Positions 10,473-20,898 of a DNA stretch of 64,000 nt are shown one piece after another. The notes below the pieces were generated by a model. It worked only from the letters and a program-made list of their open reading frames with translations. It was not told the DNA's origin and ran no database searches. Numbering within the stretch: position 1 is the stretch's first letter; every line of letters begins with the position of its first letter. This DNA comes from Acidobacteriota bacterium (GTDB taxonomy: Bacteria > Acidobacteriota > UBA6911): contig OY761556.1 in NCBI GenBank assembly GCA_963664705.1, positions 5,536,001 through 5,600,000 on the forward strand, given 5' to 3'. A program made the position numbers and the translations under genes.

Positions 10473-11930
10473 ATGAGAAAAAGCGGAATTTTGCTGCACC
10501 CCACTTCGCTGCCCGGCGAATTGGGTGTCGGTGATCTGGGGAAATGGGCTTACCGTTTTGTCGACTTCCTGGCGGACAGTGGACAGAAACTCTGGCAGAT
10601 TCTGCCGCTTGGCCCGCCGGGCATGGGATACTCCCCTTACCAGGCCTATTCCAGCCATGCCGGTAACCCGTTGTTGATCAGTATTCCGCCCCTGATAGAG
10701 CAGGATCTGCTGCCACCGGAAGTGTTACAGAACCTTCCGCCGCGACCCGACTCCAAAGTCGATTTTGATGCCGTTATTCCCTTCAAAGAGAAGATTCTAA
10801 AGCAGGCTGCCCGCAATTTTTTCTCAGGGAAAGGCATTGCCTGGCAACGCGAGTTTGCCGAATTCTGCGCGCAAGCCTGTTCATGGTTGGATCCCTATGC
10901 GGAATTTTCCGCTTTGAAGCGGGCCAATTTCGGAGTTGCCTGGACACAATGGGATTCCGCAATAAAATCCGATCCTCAGGACGAACTGGATGAGAAGTTT
11001 ATCCAGTTCCTGTTTTTCCGGCAGTGGACTTCGCTGAAGAGGTACTGCAACGATCGGGGCATTGCCATAATCGGAGACATTCCCATCTTCATTGCGCATG
11101 ACAGTTCCGATGTGCGAGCCAACCCTGGATTGTTCGATCTGGATGAAGAGTACAATCCGAGAAATGTCGCCGGTGTTCCCCCGGACTATTTTAGTAAAAC
11201 CGGTCAGCGTTGGGGCAATCCTCTATACCGCTGGGAAGCGATGGAAAAAACCGGCTTCCGCTGGTGGATCGGCCGTATCGAATCCATGCTGAATATGGTG
11301 GATGTAATTCGCCTGGATCACTTCCGCGGATTTGAAAAATTCTGGGAAATTCCGGCTGAATCAGAAACGGCCGTGGGCGGCCACTGGGTGGAGGGTCCCG
11401 GCGATCGCCTGTTCAAGGCCCTCTCCGAAGCGCTGGGAACGCTGCCCTTCATTGCGGAGGATCTGGGGTATATCACTCCGGAGGTGCATCAATTGCGGGA
11501 TCGCTGGGGCTTTCCCGGTATGCGGGTCCTGCAGTTCGCGTTCGGTGACGAATCGCGGGATAATCCGCACAAGCCCTATAATTATGTTCAGAATTGTGTC
11601 GCCTATACCGGCACGCATGATAACGATACCACCGGCGGATGGTTTGCCTCCCAAAGCAGCCAGTTGCGCTACGAACAGGAAAACGCGTTGAGATACATGG
11701 GAAGCGACGGCAGAGACCCGGTGTCGGATTTGATCCGGCTACTCATGGCGTCGGTTGCCGATACCGTGATTGTCCCGATGCAGGATTACCTGGGGCTGGG
11801 TACGGAAGCGCGCATGAATGTGCCGGCGACAACAGGAAACAACTGGAATTGGCGCATGCGCGAAGATCAACTGCGTCCCGATCTCGCAGCCAGACTGCGA
11901 GAGCTAAACCGCACCTACGGCCGCTCCTGA
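10473..11930 (+). CDS. malQ: 4-alpha-glucanotransferase (GH77)
   Basis: GILLHPTSLP, GVPPDYFSKTGQRWGNP, RLDHFRG, AEDLG and YTGTHDNDT motifs. Confidence 0.95.
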   Translation: MRKSGILLHPTSLPGELGVGDLGKWAYRFVDFLADSGQKLWQILPLGPPGMGYSPYQAYSSHAGNPLLISIPPLIEQDLLPPEVLQNLPPRPDSKVDFDAVIPFKEKILKQAARNFFSGKGIAWQREFAEFCAQACSWLDPYAEFSALKRANFGVAWTQWDSAIKSDPQDELDEKFIQFLFFRQWTSLKRYCNDRGIAIIGDIPIFIAHDSSDVRANPGLFDLDEEYNPRNVAGVPPDYFSKTGQRWGNPLYRWEAMEKTGFRWWIGRIESMLNMVDVIRLDHFRGFEKFWEIPAESETAVGGHWVEGPGDRLFKALSEALGTLPFIAEDLGYITPEVHQLRDRWGFPGMRVLQFAFGDESRDNPHKPYNYVQNCVAYTGTHDNDTTGGWFASQSSQLRYEQENALRYMGSDGRDPVSDLIRLLMASVADTVIVPMQDYLGLGTEARMNVPATTGNNWNWRMREDQLRPDLAARLRELNRTYGRS

Positions 11931-11946
11931 CTTCTGTCTCCTGCTA

Positions 11947-13367
11947 CTAATACACCGGGAAACACAACTCTCGATATTTCGGGATCAAATCAGGTCCCAT
12001 AAATAAATGGTGTTGATTAGTTTTTATGTTTGAACCGCGAAGACCTCGAAGACCGCAAAGATTTATTGGCTCATTTTGCGGTGGGAAAGAAGTTGCGCAT
12101 CATATTGTCGATTCAGCGGTGGCAATCCATACAGCGCCAGATTGCTGGAGGCCGTTTCTCGGCGGTGCCTGATCTGGCGAGAACGATAACCGTAAAACCT
12201 GAAAAAATATTTTCCTTCGCGGTCTTCGAGGTCTTGGCGGTTAATGGGATTACTAATTCGGTCAAGTCAGAAAAAATATTTTCCTTCGTGCCTTGCGCTG
12301 CTAATACACCGGGAAACACAACTCTCGATATTTCGGGATCAAATCAGGTCCCATAAATAAATGGTGTTGATTAGTTTTTATGTTTGAACCGCGAAGACCT
12401 CGAAGACCGCAAAGATCTTTTGGCTCATTTTGCGGTGGGAAAGAAGTTGCGCATCATATTGTCGATTCAGCGGTGGCAATCCATACAGCGCCAGATTGCT
12501 GGAGGCCGTTTCTCGGCGGTGCCTGATCTGGCGAGAACGATAACCGTAAAACCTGAAAAAATATTTTCCTTCGCGGTCTTCGAGGTCTTGGCGGTTAATG
12601 GGATTACTAATTCGGTCAAGTCAGGTGCCTTGCGCTGCTAATACACCGGGAAACACAACTCTCGATATTTCGGGATCAAATCAGGTCCCATAAATAAATG
12701 GTGTTGATTAGTTTTTATGTTTGAACCGCGAAGACCTCGAAGACCTCGAAGACCGCAAAGATCTTTTGGCTCATTTTGCGGTGGGAAAGAAGTTGCGCAT
12801 CATATTGTCGATTCAGCGGTGGCAATCCATACAGCGCCAGATTGCTGGAGGCCGTTTCTCAGCGGTGCCTGATCTGGCGAGAACGATAACCGTAAAACCT
12901 GAAAAAATATTTTCCTTCGCGGTCTTCGAGGTCTTGGCGGTTAATGGGATTACTAATTCGGTCAAGTCAGGTGCCTTGCGCTGCTAATACACCGGGAAAC
13001 ACAACTCTCGATATTTCGGGATCAAATCAGGTCCCATAAATAAATGGTGTTGATTAGTTTTTATGTTTGAACCGCGAAGACCTCGAAGACCTCGAAGACC
13101 GCAAAGATCTTTTGGCTCATTTTGCGGTGGGAAAGAAGTTGCGCATCATATTGTCGATTCAGCGGTGGCAATCCATACAGCGCCAGATTGCTGGAGGCCG
13201 TTTCTCAGCGGTGCCTGATCTGGCGAGAACGATAACCGTAAAACCTGAAAAAATATTTTCCTTCGCGGTCTTCGAGGTCTTGGCGGTTAATGGGATTACT
13301 AATTCGGTCAAGTCAGGTGCCTCGCGCTGCTAATACACCGGGAAACACAACTCTCGATATTTCGGGA
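11947..13367. repeat. Tandem array of four ~345-bp units (354, 337, 346, 346 bp) delimited by five copies of a 38-bp direct repeat equal to the 3' end of ilvE
   Basis: CTAATACACCGGGAAACACAACTCTCGATATTTCGGGA at 11947, 12301, 12638, 12984 and 13330. Each unit contains an imperfect inverted repeat: AACCGCGAAGACCTCGAAGACCGCAAAG ... CTTCGCGGTCTTCGAGGTCTTGGCGGTT. Confidence 0.95.
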
Positions 13368-14250
13368 CACGACCCTTGACTACATCGAAGTATAGAGTGC
13401 GCAGCTTGCCTGTGATCGGCCCCATCTGTCCGGATCCGATCGGTCGATGATCGACCTTCGTAATCGCCGCTATCTGGACGCCGGTTCCACAGAAGAAGAT
13501 CTCATCCGCCAGGTAGATTTCGGTTCGATCGATAGGCCGCTCCACCACCTCAACACCCAGTTCATCGCGAAGGAGCATCATAACCGTTCGTCGGGTGATC
13601 CCTTCAAGAATGTTGTCTGTAACGGGTGGTGTGCACACAACTCCCTTGCGGACCATGAAGAAATTCTCCGCGGACCCCTCGGCTACATGCCCGTCCTGAT
13701 TCAAAACGATGGCTTCGTCATACCCTGATCGCTGCGCATCGGTTTTGACAAAGGCCGAGTTTACATAGGATCCGGCGATCTTGCCGCGTGCGGGGATCAT
13801 ATTGTCATCGATGCGCCTCCAGGAGGATATCGTGACGTGGCTCCCTTCTTCATTTTCCACGTAGGATCCAAAGGGGATCGCTATCATCGATATTTCCGGA
13901 TGGAGATCGTGGAGACGGACTCCAATGATTTCATCCGAGAAGTAAGCGATTGGCCGGATGTAGCAGTCGGTGCGGTAGTTTTCTGCCTTGATCAGATCCG
14001 CGAGATAACCCGTGAGCTGAGCTTCCGAATAGGGGAACTGCATTAACAACAGCTTTGCAGATTCCAGGAAACGACGGAAATGGTCCTGCGGCCTGAAAAG
14101 GAATAGCTGGTTTTCCGCTTCATTCCAGTATCCACGCAAACCGCCGAATACACCCGTTCCATAGTTAAGAGTATGGGTCAGAACACCAATTTTAGCTTCG
14201 CTATATGGAACAATCCGCCCTTTGAAAAATGCAAAATGAGGCAGAGTCAT
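13330..14250 (-). CDS. ilvE: Branched-chain amino acid aminotransferase
   Basis: LNYGTGVF.GLR, YIRP, EGSAENFF, ILEGITR and FFCGTG motifs; ATG at 14250 with SD GGAGG. Confidence 0.93.
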   Translation of the reverse strand: MTLPHFAFFKGRIVPYSEAKIGVLTHTLNYGTGVFGGLRGYWNEAENQLFLFRPQDHFRRFLESAKLLLMQFPYSEAQLTGYLADLIKAENYRTDCYIRPIAYFSDEIIGVRLHDLHPEISMIAIPFGSYVENEEGSHVTISSWRRIDDNMIPARGKIAGSYVNSAFVKTDAQRSGYDEAIVLNQDGHVAEGSAENFFMVRKGVVCTPPVTDNILEGITRRTVMMLLRDELGVEVVERPIDRTEIYLADEIFFCGTGVQIAAITKVDHRPIGSGQMGPITGKLRTLYFDVVKGRVPKYRELCFPVY

Positions 14251-14387
14251 TGAACATCCTCCTTCGTCCACACCGGCTAATGCACAGGGGTGTAACGGCT
14301 ATCATACCACGTATCGTCGAAACGCTGTTATTGGTTAACTTGGAGTGACGTGTTTGCCGGTCCCGCTTTGGATCCTATAATGCATAT

Positions 14388-14789
14388 ATGACAGAGAAAA
14401 AAATCAAAACAAACGAAGAATGGAAGAATGAACTGAATCCGGAACAGTACCGGATTACCCGCGAGAAGGGAACGGAGCGGGCCTTCACCGGCGAATACTG
14501 GGACAACCATGAACAGGGCCTCTATCGCTGCGCCTGTTGTGGCACTGAACTGTTTGATTCGAACAGCAAGTATGACTCAGGTTCAGGTTGGCCGAGCTTT
14601 TTTGCGCCGGTATCCGAAGCGGCGATTCGTCAGGAAGAGGATCACAGCCACGGGATGGAGAGAATAGAGGCGCTTTGCTCTCATTGTGATGCACACCTTG
14701 GGCATGTGTTTCCGGACGGACCCAAGCCGACGGGCCTGCGCTATTGTGTCAACTCCGCTTCACTCAAATTTACGAAGAAGGCTATCTAG
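14388..14789 (+). CDS. msrB: Peptide-methionine (R)-S-oxide reductase
   Basis: [22 protein letters not shown] and RYCVNS motifs. Confidence 0.97.
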   Translation: MTEKKIKTNEEWKNELNPEQYRITREKGTERAFTGEYWDNHEQGLYRCACCGTELFDSNSKYDSGSGWPSFFAPVSEAAIRQEEDHSHGMERIEALCSHCDAHLGHVFPDGPKPTGLRYCVNSASLKFTKKAI

Positions 14790-14800
14790 AGGATTCCCGG

Positions 14801-15580
14801 CTACTGTGGAAGCGGCTCAAACTGAATGCTTGTTTTTGCGGCAAACCGCTTGTACTCGGAATATGTGATGGTTTCTTCAATATGAACGGTATCTGAATCA
14901 AAGTGCAGTCTGCTTTCCGCGTGCGTCCAGACAGGAAACCAGAATTGCTTGTCCACCATCTGGCGGATGGTTTCAAACTCGGGGAACTGCTCGCCCCCCT
15001 TTTTCTGGGGTACCGGCTTTCCCAGGGTACGCACAATCTGCAGGTCTCGATCGTCCACGTATATCCGTCCCTGGAAATACAATCGCTTGCCCTTGATACT
15101 CTTGGGTTTTACGGAAAAGACATAGCAGTTCAATTCATCCACTTTCTCCCTGCCTTCATACTGCAAATCGTACAAAGGCAACTCCTTTTCCGTCAGCGCG
15201 AATGGCTGCAGGTCATTGATGACCTCTTCGTCGTTCATTGTGTAGACAACGCTGTGCAGGTTTCCCGCCCGGCGCTTGACCTGCACCTCGCGCGAGCCAT
15301 CATCCTTAAAGACAATATCGGAAATCGTCGTCATGCTTTCGCGCTTGGGTACGCCGTTCACGTCATTGATTTTAACCTCGGCCACCTGGTGATAGGTGTA
15401 CTGCATCCAGGCCTCGTAGGCCTCGGTTTCCTTGGCCGAGAATTTCTTGATGATTTCCTCCTGGGGCAGATCCTTGGACGGGACATTCGTCGCGGTCTGC
15501 GTTTGGCCGGGGGGCTGCGTCTGAGCCCACGCAATTCCTGCAAATAGCAACAGCGTTATAAAAAGCTTCCAATGCATCAT
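14801..15580 (-). CDS. Secreted hypothetical protein (LolA/outer-membrane lipoprotein-sorting-like)
   Basis: Signal peptide, beta-rich; YFQGRIYVDDRDLQIVR and FWFP segments typical of Acidobacterial exported proteins. Confidence 0.7.
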   Translation of the reverse strand: MMHWKLFITLLLFAGIAWAQTQPPGQTQTATNVPSKDLPQEEIIKKFSAKETEAYEAWMQYTYHQVAEVKINDVNGVPKRESMTTISDIVFKDDGSREVQVKRRAGNLHSVVYTMNDEEVINDLQPFALTEKELPLYDLQYEGREKVDELNCYVFSVKPKSIKGKRLYFQGRIYVDDRDLQIVRTLGKPVPQKKGGEQFPEFETIRQMVDKQFWFPVWTHAESRLHFDSDTVHIEETITYSEYKRFAAKTSIQFEPLPQ

Positions 15581-15748
15581 TTTCACCACACAGCTCCATA
15601 TGCAAAGACACAAACCATCCGTGAATGTTTCAATAAATTACCACCCTGACCGGGTAATCGTCCCTCACGCATTCCCGAAATCGGCGGCGGATCCGCAGAC
15701 CGCTCTTCGCCGCGTATTTCATTAATTTATCATGATACAATCTTAGCG

Positions 15749-16747
15749 ATGTGGCGCAAATGGCTTGCCTTCACAGCGTTAACCCTCTTGATAACCGCCT
15801 CCGGCCGGTCTGGGGGCCAGGGAAGCTCCGATTTTTCCGTCTCAGTCAACCTGATCAAGGTCCCCATCAGCGTATTTGATAGTGCGGGAAATATCATCTC
15901 GCCTCTTCAGCGGGAGAATTTTCGCATATGGGAAGATCGGGCGCCTCAGGAAATACGCAGCTTTGGCATGGATACCAATCCGGTTTCGGTTGTTCTGCTC
16001 CTGGATACCTCGGAGAGCGAAAAGTCGGAGCTCAAGAAGATCCGCGAGGCGGCGGAAGACTTCATCAAGGCGCTCTCGCGTGGGGATCGCGTTTCCTTGA
16101 TAACTTTTGACGATGAAATCAAGCTGCTGCAGGATTGGACAGACGACCTGAAGAAAGCACGGAGAGCATTGGGCCGGATGAAACCTGGACTCCGGACTGC
16201 GCTTTACGATGCGATGTATGTTGCCGCAAAAGAACAGCTTGCGGGAGTGGACGGAAGGAAAGCCATCATTCTTCTGACCGACTGCCTCAACAACCAAAGC
16301 AGCATTGATTTCGATGACGCGGCGCTGACCGTCATGCAATCCCAGGCTTCTCTTTACGTGGTTTCAAAAACAATTATGGTACGGGAGCAGGCCAGGCATG
16401 ATCGACGGGTGGTGATGCTCACCGACATATACAAGCGCCTGTTTGGATCCGACGGCGACTATATCGAGGAGTTTTTCCAAAAAAGAGAATCCGAGATGAC
16501 CAGTCTGGCCGAGCGGACCGGAGGCAGATGCTTTTTCCCTGTGGACTACGACCAGATCAAGGGAGTGTATTCGGAAGTAGCCCGTGAATTGAAGAGCCAG
16601 CACTTTATTACCTATGTCTCCAACCAGAAAATGCTTCCCAATTCCTACCACCACATCACCGTCGAGTACCTCGAGCCCTTAAGCAAAGTCATCTATCGCC
16701 AGGGGTACTATTATCTGCCACGGCCGGTTCGCAAACCGCTGCCGTGA
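15749..16747 (+). CDS. VWA domain protein (VWFA-related Acidobacterial type)
   Basis: MIDAS-like LLLDTSES, TALYDA, RKAIILLTD, LAERTGG. Confidence 0.88.
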   Translation: MWRKWLAFTALTLLITASGRSGGQGSSDFSVSVNLIKVPISVFDSAGNIISPLQRENFRIWEDRAPQEIRSFGMDTNPVSVVLLLDTSESEKSELKKIREAAEDFIKALSRGDRVSLITFDDEIKLLQDWTDDLKKARRALGRMKPGLRTALYDAMYVAAKEQLAGVDGRKAIILLTDCLNNQSSIDFDDAALTVMQSQASLYVVSKTIMVREQARHDRRVVMLTDIYKRLFGSDGDYIEEFFQKRESEMTSLAERTGGRCFFPVDYDQIKGVYSEVARELKSQHFITYVSNQKMLPNSYHHITVEYLEPLSKVIYRQGYYYLPRPVRKPLP

Positions 16748-16833
16748 TAAGAGAATTCCAGATTCCAGATTTCGGATTCCAGGAACGCCGGCGATCCCAG
16801 TGAATCGGATATCCCCAGTCTTGCGCTCAGTTT

Positions 16834-17898
16834 TTGTTTTTCGTGCGGCTGTTTGCTACAGTATCCCTTTTTCAAAGGGGGATCGTCGTGCTGTCCCGGC
16901 TCTTTTATCAGTGGGAGTTGCGCCTGTCCAGGCGGGATACCAATCGAATAGTGCGTCCTTTTGAGTGGGGACTGGAATTTCTGCAGCAAAACGGACTGTC
17001 CGGGACTGATCCGAAAACCTTTCTTAAAAACTATGCAAAGAAGGCCGTCGAGGAGTGCTATTCGTATCATGCCTACGACCGCGTAGAGGACTATTCGCTG
17101 GAAGGGAACCATCTGACCTTCTCCACTCCCGTGCCTTCTGTTTATCCCAGGAACAATACGGTTCACGCCCATTTTTTTCCGGTGGATTCAGATAGGCGCG
17201 CGGTTCTGGTTTTGCCCCAGTGGAACGCCGACGCGCAAGGGCACATGTCGCTATGCCGCCTGCTGAATCATTTTGGTCTCTCTGCCTTGCGGCTCAGCTT
17301 GCCATACCATGATTTAAGAATGCCGGAAGAGCTGGTTCGGGCAGATTATATGCTGTCCGCAAATATTGGACGGACGCTGCAGGCCGTGCGGCAGGCGGTC
17401 ATTGATGCAAGGGCCGCGCTCGATTGGCTTGAATCACAGGGATATACCAGGCTGGCGATTCTCGGAACCAGCATCGGTTCCTGTGTGGCGCTGATTGCCA
17501 ACGCCGTGGATCCGAGGCTCAAGTTGAGCGTGCAGAACCATATTTCTCCCTACTTTGCGGATGTTGTGTGGAGAGGGATATCCACCCGGCATGTTCGCCA
17601 AGGCCTGGAGGGCAGCATTCCACTGGAGGATCTTCGCGAAATCTTTATGCCGATCAGCCCGAAGGCGTACTTCAAAAAACTAGCGGGGACCGGCAAAAAG
17701 ACCATGCTGGTCCACGCCCTGTACGACTACACATTTCCCGCGGACCTCTCGCAGGAGGTGCTGCAGGAGTTCAGGGACCTCCGTCTGCCGCACGCAACTT
17801 TTGCATTGCGCTGCGGACACTATACTTCCGGAGTTTTCCCTTTCAGCATAGTCCTCGGCTATGCCATGTGCAGATACATCCGCCAGGAGCTTCAATAA
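16834..17898 (+). CDS. Alpha/beta hydrolase domain protein (start may be GTG 16888)
   Basis: Nucleophile elbow GTSIG; C-terminal CGHY; LSLPYH. Confidence 0.8.
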   Translation: MFFVRLFATVSLFQRGIVVLSRLFYQWELRLSRRDTNRIVRPFEWGLEFLQQNGLSGTDPKTFLKNYAKKAVEECYSYHAYDRVEDYSLEGNHLTFSTPVPSVYPRNNTVHAHFFPVDSDRRAVLVLPQWNADAQGHMSLCRLLNHFGLSALRLSLPYHDLRMPEELVRADYMLSANIGRTLQAVRQAVIDARAALDWLESQGYTRLAILGTSIGSCVALIANAVDPRLKLSVQNHISPYFADVVWRGISTRHVRQGLEGSIPLEDLREIFMPISPKAYFKKLAGTGKKTMLVHALYDYTFPADLSQEVLQEFRDLRLPHATFALRCGHYTSGVFPFSIVLGYAMCRYIRQELQ

Positions 17899-17973
17899 AA
17901 ATCCCGCGAGATTTTTAGGGAGATCTCAGGATATTCAGTTGTTCGGCAATCAGGCGCGCGAGAACGACGAAGA

Positions 17974-17999
17974 CCTTCCAGGCTCAAAGCCTGGAAGGG
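17974..17999. terminator. Hairpin between convergent genes
   Basis: CCTTCCAGGC-TCAAA-GCCTGGAAGG stem-loop. Confidence 0.55.
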
Positions 18000-18007
18000 T
18001 AGAGGCC

Positions 18008-18223
18008 TTATTCGTTTTCTGCTTTGGTAACGTTTTCTGCCTGCAATCCTTTTGGACCTCTGGTTACCGAAAACGATACGGTTTCGCCTTCAGCCAAAGT
18101 CCTGAAACCGTTCATCTGAATTGCCGTGTGATGAACGAAAACGTCTCCACCGCTTCCTCTTTCGATGAAGCCATAGCCTTTGGCATTATTAAACCACTTT
18201 ACTTTCCCAGTCTCTTTTTCCAT
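18008..18223 (-). CDS. Cold-shock protein
   Basis: [20 protein letters not shown]...DVFVHH (RNP1/RNP2); true start at ATG 18223. Confidence 0.95.
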   Translation of the reverse strand: MEKETGKVKWFNNAKGYGFIERGSGGDVFVHHTAIQMNGFRTLAEGETVSFSVTRGPKGLQAENVTKAENE

Positions 18224-18414
18224 GTGAATTCTTCCTCTTTTGCCTCGAATCGAACGTTCCGGTCGAGTTGCGGGCGAGCAGGAAATGAAAAGGCCGCCAA
18301 GATTCTGGCGGCCTTCACCCGATCCGGACGTTTTGTATACTACTGAGTTAGAAGTTTGGATGTCAATGATAATGTTGATTATACGGAGGCCACGCAATCG
18401 ACGATATCAAACAT

Positions 18415-19143
18415 TCAATCCAAAAGATCCGTCTCCTGGGAGAGAACGGAAGGATCATTGGTCGCTGCAAGGTGGAACAGTTCCTTGTTTCCGAATTTCC
18501 GCAGCGTTTTGGCAAACAGCTCCATCAGCGGTTTCTGGGTCACATGCTCCCTGGACGCCGCTATCTTCTGCTCAATATAGGGTGAGACATCAATTGTTGC
18601 CGTGCACGGCGGAGGCGATACCGGGGGACGATTCGGGAGTACAAAGGATGCTGTGCAATAGTACAGTTTACGAACACGGTGAGGCGCAAGGCCATCATTT
18701 AACTGCTCCGGAAAGCAGTTGGAGCGTGCCGACCAATGAAAGGCCATGGTCGCAAAGATGGAAGCCATGGAGTGATCCGCATGTCCCGTGATCGCGCCCT
18801 CCGGGCCCATCGTCAGGATGATGTCCGGTTTGATTTCGCGAATGCGACGCGTCAGATCTCCTGCCACCGTGTAAAAATCGGCGTGCTTGAGAGCGCCGTC
18901 AGGGTAGTTCAGTACCTGTGCCTGTGTGACCTGGAGTACTTTGCAGGATGCAAAAAATTCCGCACGGCGAAGCTCCGCCAATTCCTCGTCTGTTTGGGCC
19001 GTGCCTCTATTGGTTGCCGCTTGGCCCGGGGTCAGACAGATTACAAAAGTCTCAACACCCCGTTCGTGGTACAGGAGCAGCGTTCCGCCAAAGGCGCCTA
19101 CTTCGTCATCCGGATGAGCCGTTATACCAAGTATCTTCGTCAT
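18415..19143 (-). CDS. PIG-L/LmbE family deacetylase
   Basis: AHPDDE and GHADH motifs; start at MTKIL (19143). Confidence 0.9.
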   Translation of the reverse strand: MTKILGITAHPDDEVGAFGGTLLLYHERGVETFVICLTPGQAATNRGTAQTDEELAELRRAEFFASCKVLQVTQAQVLNYPDGALKHADFYTVAGDLTRRIREIKPDIILTMGPEGAITGHADHSMASIFATMAFHWSARSNCFPEQLNDGLAPHRVRKLYYCTASFVLPNRPPVSPPPCTATIDVSPYIEQKIAASREHVTQKPLMELFAKTLRKFGNKELFHLAATNDPSVLSQETDLLD

Positions 19144-19392
19144 ATAGAGGAGGGTAGCGCAGGATGAGGGCGGGATACAAGCAGGTTGGGGTTTGGCAGC
19201 GGCAGTTTCATTATTCCAGCAGGAAACCGGAAACGTACGGCATTCCTGTTCGTAAAGGGCTATGAAGATTTTGCGGGCAAGCGGGAAACCGGTCATTGGT
19301 GGTGCGCCTTTTTTCTACCATCGCTTCCGATTTGCAGGTACCCTGTGTACGTTGTCTTCTCCCGATGCGGAAATTCTGATTGAAAGGTTCGG

Positions 19393-20736
19393 ATGATGAA
19401 AGATCATCGACTGGGATTGTTTTCAGGAATGGGCATGGTCATTGCCAACATGATTGGCGCAGGGGTGTTTCTGAGCACAGGCTTTATGGCCCAGGATCTT
19501 ACCCCAAAGCTGATCCTACTGGCATGGGCTATTGGAGCATTCCTCGCCCTTGCAGGAGCAAGAGCGTATGCCGAGATTGCACAAACGGTTCCGCAGTCAG
19601 GAGGAGAGTATCGCTATCTGTCCACGCTGATTCATCCCGCGCTTGGATATCTTGCGGGCTGGGCGTCGCTTTTGCTGGGCTTTTCGGCGCCAATCGCCAT
19701 CGATGCTTTTGCGGCGGGCGCGTTTGCCAACACCATCAACCATTCTCTTAATCCCAAATTTTTTGCCGCCCTCATTATTATACTGGTGACGGCGATGCAC
19801 GCCATCGGGCTGCGGTTCTCCGTTGCTGCGCAAAATCTGCTGGTTATCATCAAGATCCTTCTGGTTGTTGGGTTTGTTGGCGCCGGGATTTGGGGCGGTC
19901 ACAATGTATGGCCTGCATGGCAGCCGCCAAACCAGCCATCCGGATTTCCCTTAGGCCCATTCATGCAGAATCTCTTTTACATTGCGTTCGCATTCAGCGG
20001 ATGGAACGCCGCCGTCTATGCCGCATCCGAATTCAAGAATCCCCAACGCGATGTTCCACGGGCAATGCTCCTGGGTTGCGGACTGGTAGGAATTCTCTAC
20101 CTGTTCGTGAATTGGGTTTTCGTTGCGAACCTGACGCCGGAGCAGTGCACCGTCGTTTTTACCTATGAAACCGCCCGCGTTACCTTGGGGCATCTGATCA
20201 TGAAGACGATTGTGGGGAATGTCGGGGCCGCTTGCATGTCGATACTGGCCATCATCGCATTCATCTCCGCTGTTAGTGCCATGACATTCCTTGGCCCGCG
20301 CGTTTACTCGGCGATGGCAAGAGACGGATTTCTGCCGAAAGTTCTTCAGGGCAAGGAAGGGAAGCCTCCTATTGGCGCTGTCATCCTTCAGGGTGCTATC
20401 GCCATGTTCCTGGTCTTTGCTTACCAATTGCAGCAAATTCTCAATAATGTCGGTGCAATTCTTACACTTTTTTCCGCTTTGACGGTGTTCTCCCTTTTCT
20501 GGATTCGCTTAAAGAGAAAAGACCTTCCGCGTCCGAGAGCCGCTTCCCTGATAGCAGGACTGTTTTATCTGCTGCTTTCCGGCGTGATGCTTTATTTTGG
20601 TTTTAAGCAATCACCCGATCTGAACCTTTGGGTCGGGGCAAGCATTCTGATGGCTCTCATCGGATACTTCATCACGAAGAAACGTGTGGAGATTCGCAAT
20701 GGGCGCACTCCCGTCCAGGAGGAAGCAGCGCCGTAG
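19393..20736 (+). CDS. APC family amino acid permease
   Basis: IANMIGAGVF, SGGEYRYL and FAFSGWN motifs; ~12 TM segments. Confidence 0.9.
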   Translation: MMKDHRLGLFSGMGMVIANMIGAGVFLSTGFMAQDLTPKLILLAWAIGAFLALAGARAYAEIAQTVPQSGGEYRYLSTLIHPALGYLAGWASLLLGFSAPIAIDAFAAGAFANTINHSLNPKFFAALIIILVTAMHAIGLRFSVAAQNLLVIIKILLVVGFVGAGIWGGHNVWPAWQPPNQPSGFPLGPFMQNLFYIAFAFSGWNAAVYAASEFKNPQRDVPRAMLLGCGLVGILYLFVNWVFVANLTPEQCTVVFTYETARVTLGHLIMKTIVGNVGAACMSILAIIAFISAVSAMTFLGPRVYSAMARDGFLPKVLQGKEGKPPIGAVILQGAIAMFLVFAYQLQQILNNVGAILTLFSALTVFSLFWIRLKRKDLPRPRAASLIAGLFYLLLSGVMLYFGFKQSPDLNLWVGASILMALIGYFITKKRVEIRNGRTPVQEEAAP

Positions 20737-20898
20737 GATCGGAACCTTGGTGCTCTCTGTTTGACTTGGAAAGAAATCCGTGGGTGGGCGGGCGGAAGTC
20801 CTCTCGATCCATTTGTTTGAACTTTCCCCGCCCTTGGCCTATCATATAGAGCCTGAGGGACCGCCAGGAAGACGGCCCCCCAAATTTCAGGAGGTGCA

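Noticed and set aside
12030-13333. Four repeated ORFs MNREDLEDRK...
   Set aside because: TTG starts without an SD, and the termini are translations of the inverted repeat; most likely non-coding.
11947-13367. CRISPR array (38-bp repeats)
   Set aside because: The intervening sequences are ~300 bp and nearly identical, the repeat is the ilvE 3' end, and there are no cas genes.
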